Below are positions 61,496-64,000 of a stretch of DNA of 64,000 nt, one piece after another. Position numbers and translations under genes: made by a program. The notes below the pieces were generated by a model. That model was not told the origin of the DNA and made no database searches. It was given only the letters and a program-made list of their open reading frames with translations. The stretch's first letter is position 1. Every line of letters starts with the position of its first letter. Origin of the DNA: a virus; IMG/VR virus record IMGVR_UViG_3300045284_000065, positions 27,555 to 91,554 of that record. One strand, 5' to 3'.

Positions 61496-62308
61496 TTACC
61501 GCCTCCGTTGGCGTGGACTGGTGGCGTTCAACAGTTGCTCTCGATAGCGCTTGTACGTATCCATGTCCATTGCCCGAATGTCCTCAGGCGTCAGCTGCTC
61601 ATATGACGGTAGTTGCTCCATTGGTCCGACCGGGGGGACGGACGGCATCGCCGCCCCACGGAAGGGTGCAGGCTGCTGGGCAGCCTGCAGATTCTGGAAG
61701 ATCATGTCGGAGCGTGTCTTCATCTCCTCGATGGACCTGTCCACTTCGTCGGGGGTTGACCCCTGTACGAGGTCGCGGAGTTCGGGGAAGATGAACTCCG
61801 ACTCTTGGTCGATGCGCGCCTGGCGGTACTGCGCTGCCTCTTGCAGTGCCCGCTCACGATCGAAGACGGCGCGGTCGGTTTCGTAGCGCTGGTTCAGCTG
61901 CTCGATCTGGCTGGTGAACTCGGACTCGCGCCGCTCGAAGAGTTGACGGAGGTCCATCTCCTCCTCTTCCTTCTCCTTCAGCAGACGGTCGCGCTCTGCG
62001 ATCTCGGCCTCGCGCTGGGCCAGTTCAGCGGCACGCTCGTCCTGGAGGGCCTTCAACTGGGCACCCATCTCCTCCAGGCGGGGGTAGAGCTTCTCCTTCT
62101 CCTGCCGACGAGCCTCGTCCAGCTGCTCGGCGGTGAACCGAGCGCCGTTGCCGTTGACCTGGGCCTGGTCCACCACCTGGATCGGCTGACTGACTGCCTG
62201 GTCAGGTCGAACCTGCTGGAAGTTGCTCGCCACCGGAGTGGCCGGTTGGACTCCTACCAACAATCCCTGGCCGTCACTCACGATTCCGTTTCCTGCCGCG
62301 TCAGACAC
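61496..62308 (-). CDS. Capsid scaffolding protein
   Basis: Coiled coil FTAEQLDEARRQEKEKLYP...; located between portal and capsid. Confidence 0.8.
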   Translation of the reverse strand: MSDAAGNGIVSDGQGLLVGVQPATPVASNFQQVRPDQAVSQPIQVVDQAQVNGNGARFTAEQLDEARRQEKEKLYPRLEEMGAQLKALQDERAAELAQREAEIAERDRLLKEKEEEEMDLRQLFERRESEFTSQIEQLNQRYETDRAVFDRERALQEAAQYRQARIDQESEFIFPELRDLVQGSTPDEVDRSIEEMKTRSDMIFQNLQAAQQPAPFRGAAMPSVPPVGPMEQLPSYEQLTPEDIRAMDMDTYKRYREQLLNATSPRQRRR

Positions 62309-62385
62309 TGTTCACGAACCTCCCGAGACACCAGTAATACCACAATCGGCCCGCATATCCAGGTATGACACTGCGCTTAGGGACA

Positions 62386-64000
62386 TCAGTCGGTGCTCTG
62401 TTCCTCGTAGTCCATCACCTCAGGCGGGTACATGCCGTAGGCGAGGAACTGCATCTCCTGGGCCAGCGCCGGGTCCACTGGTGGCGTCGCTGGCACCGGG
62501 TTGCCCTCGGCATCGGCCGTCATCATGGGCTGCCCGTCCGGTGTCATACCGGTCGCCATCATGTTGAAGGCGGCGATCTGGCTCTGGATGAGGGTGAGGG
62601 CACCCTGCTCCTTGGTGTCCTCCAGCATCTCCTCGAAGATCTCCCGGATCTTCTGGTCCGGGAACTGGATCCCGAGGTCGCGCAGCGCGCCGCGGCGGGA
62701 CTCCAGGCTCATCGCCATCTTGGCCTGGATCTCGTTGATCTTGATGAGCGTGTCCATCGGCATCGGGCTGGGCCAGTCGACGTAGTTCCGATATGACACT
62801 GGAGAGGACGGGTCCAGCTGGGGCACCTGGTCGGGCTTCAGCATCGTGGAGGACAGCTGCGGGTTGTACACCGTCAGTTCGGGGGCGTAGATGAAGGCGT
62901 GCTTGATGATCAGTTCGTTGATGCGCTGGAAGAAGGGGACGTACTGGATCTTCTTGCGCTCATGCTTCAGCATCAGGGGCTGGTACTGCATGGAGAGCGC
63001 CACGCCTGATGTGTTACTGATCGGCTGCATCGTGCCCAGGGCGGCAGCAGGGACGCCCATGAACTCATGCATCGACTGCTTCAGAAGCTCCATGTAGCCG
63101 AGGGGGCCGGTGAAGTTGGTCTGAAGCTCCAGGTTCTGGACCTTGGCGTCCTTGTTGCCGATGGCCCACACCTTGCGGGCACCCTTCTCCAGGTTGGAGG
63201 CCTTGGCCCCCGTGATCACCGTGACCGGAGCGACGTGGTAGTTGATGATGTCGCTGATCTCGGTGGCCTTCTCGTTGTACTCCCGGTTGAGGGGGATGAT
63301 GTCGTTGGCATCACCCAGCCCCCAAGGAGACGAGGCCACGGCGAAGTTCTGCGTGTACACGACCGGTATCTCACCGAGCGGGTTGGGCCGCTGGTCGATC
63401 ATCTCGTCGTTGATGTACTCCTCGATGGTGTCCTCGGTCATCAGTTCGACGTAGGTCATCACCATGCGCGAGCCGTCCTGGGCCGTGCCCCAGAACTTGT
63501 ACTTCAGCTTGAAGCGGATCATCCGCGAGCGGTCATGCGGATGCCACTCGGGGAAGCAGAAGGCCGGATTCAGAGGGAGTATCCGAATCCGGCCCTCATG
63601 CGGCAGACCAGCGGTGTCCATGAACGGCGGCTCGTAGGCCACCTTGGCGAACACGTCACCGCTGACAGCACCCAGCTGGCCGAACTCCATCAGCAGGGCG
63701 GGCTTGGAGTTGTGGATCTCCCACACCTCCTTGAGCAGGTAGGGCGTGATGGCCCCAGTGATCTCGGGGGAGTGGAAGTTGATGCCCTTGCCGAAGCTGA
63801 AGTTGACCAGGAAGTCGATGAAGGCCCGGACCCAGTTGAAGGTCAGCTGCGGCTCCCCGATCTCACGGCGGTACGCCCACTGGTGGCCCAGGTACCACGC
63901 CCAGTTGTTGGCATATCGGGATAAGCGGGGGCCGTGTACCTCGAACTCCTCGTCGGCGAGTTCGACGAGGCCCAGGGGGCTGATGGCGAGGGTGAGGTCA
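62386..64000 (-). CDS. Portal protein (N-terminus truncated by the window edge)
   Basis: Frame is open to the window end: DLTLAISPLGLVELADEEFEVHGPRLSRY...WYLGHQW; also GAVSGDVF and ISNTSGVAL. Confidence 0.92.
   Translation of the reverse strand, partial: DLTLAISPLGLVELADEEFEVHGPRLSRYANNWAWYLGHQWAYRREIGEPQLTFNWVRAFIDFLVNFSFGKGINFHSPEITGAITPYLLKEVWEIHNSKPALLMEFGQLGAVSGDVFAKVAYEPPFMDTAGLPHEGRIRILPLNPAFCFPEWHPHDRSRMIRFKLKYKFWGTAQDGSRMVMTYVELMTEDTIEEYINDEMIDQRPNPLGEIPVVYTQNFAVASSPWGLGDANDIIPLNREYNEKATEISDIINYHVAPVTVITGAKASNLEKGARKVWAIGNKDAKVQNLELQTNFTGPLGYMELLKQSMHEFMGVPAAALGTMQPISNTSGVALSMQYQPLMLKHERKKIQYVPFFQRINELIIKHAFIYAPELTVYNPQLSSTMLKPDQVPQLDPSSPVSYRNYVDWPSPMPMDTLIKINEIQAKMAMSLESRRGALRDLGIQFPDQKIREIFEEMLEDTKEQGALTLIQSQIAAFNMMATGMTPDGQPMMTADAEGNPVPATPPVDPALAQEMQFLAYGMYPPEVMDYEEQSTD

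Noticed and set aside
640-63924. Many long plus-strand ORFs (e.g. 8964-10082, 28368-29906, 42808-44892, 46318-47871, 51133-52725, 60150-61457)
   Set aside because: They are antisense shadows of well-supported minus-strand genes, expected from GC3 bias, and show no recognisable motifs.

Overview
This 64 kb window is part of a high-GC (roughly two-thirds G+C by eye) contractile-tailed dsDNA phage or prophage genome, most likely actinobacterial. The portal N-terminus and the capsid resemble Bxz1/cluster C-type myoviruses, and several SigA-type promoters appear leaderless. Almost all genes are on the minus strand. Read right to left: portal (cut off by the window edge), scaffold, major capsid, head/neck accessory and fibre genes, tail terminator, sheath, tube, chaperone, tape measure, baseplate, a short plus-strand island, small early genes, a replication module (HTH initiator-like protein, DnaB, primase, SNF2 helicase, SSB, family A polymerase), a recombination module (RecA, Hjc-like, Cas4-like, RuvC), a SpoVS homologue, and a giant spike-fibre fusion of at least 1500 aa that runs off the left edge and is missing from the ORF track. 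No tRNA, rRNA, CRISPR array, integrase or transposase was seen. The most notable unexplained signals are: (1) an AT-rich palindrome ATATC-NN-GATAT dispersed across the genome and written into coding sequence with rare codons; (2) nested 'Russian-doll' domain architectures in the baseplate wedge and sheath proteins; (3) a baseplate spike gene displaced from the baseplate cluster and fused to a long fibre; (4) a promoter-proximal four-way-junction RNA in front of the replication operon; (5) classical C2H2 zinc fingers; and (6) a +1 frameshift candidate in the tail chaperone. All calls come from motif recognition by eye; no database searches were run.
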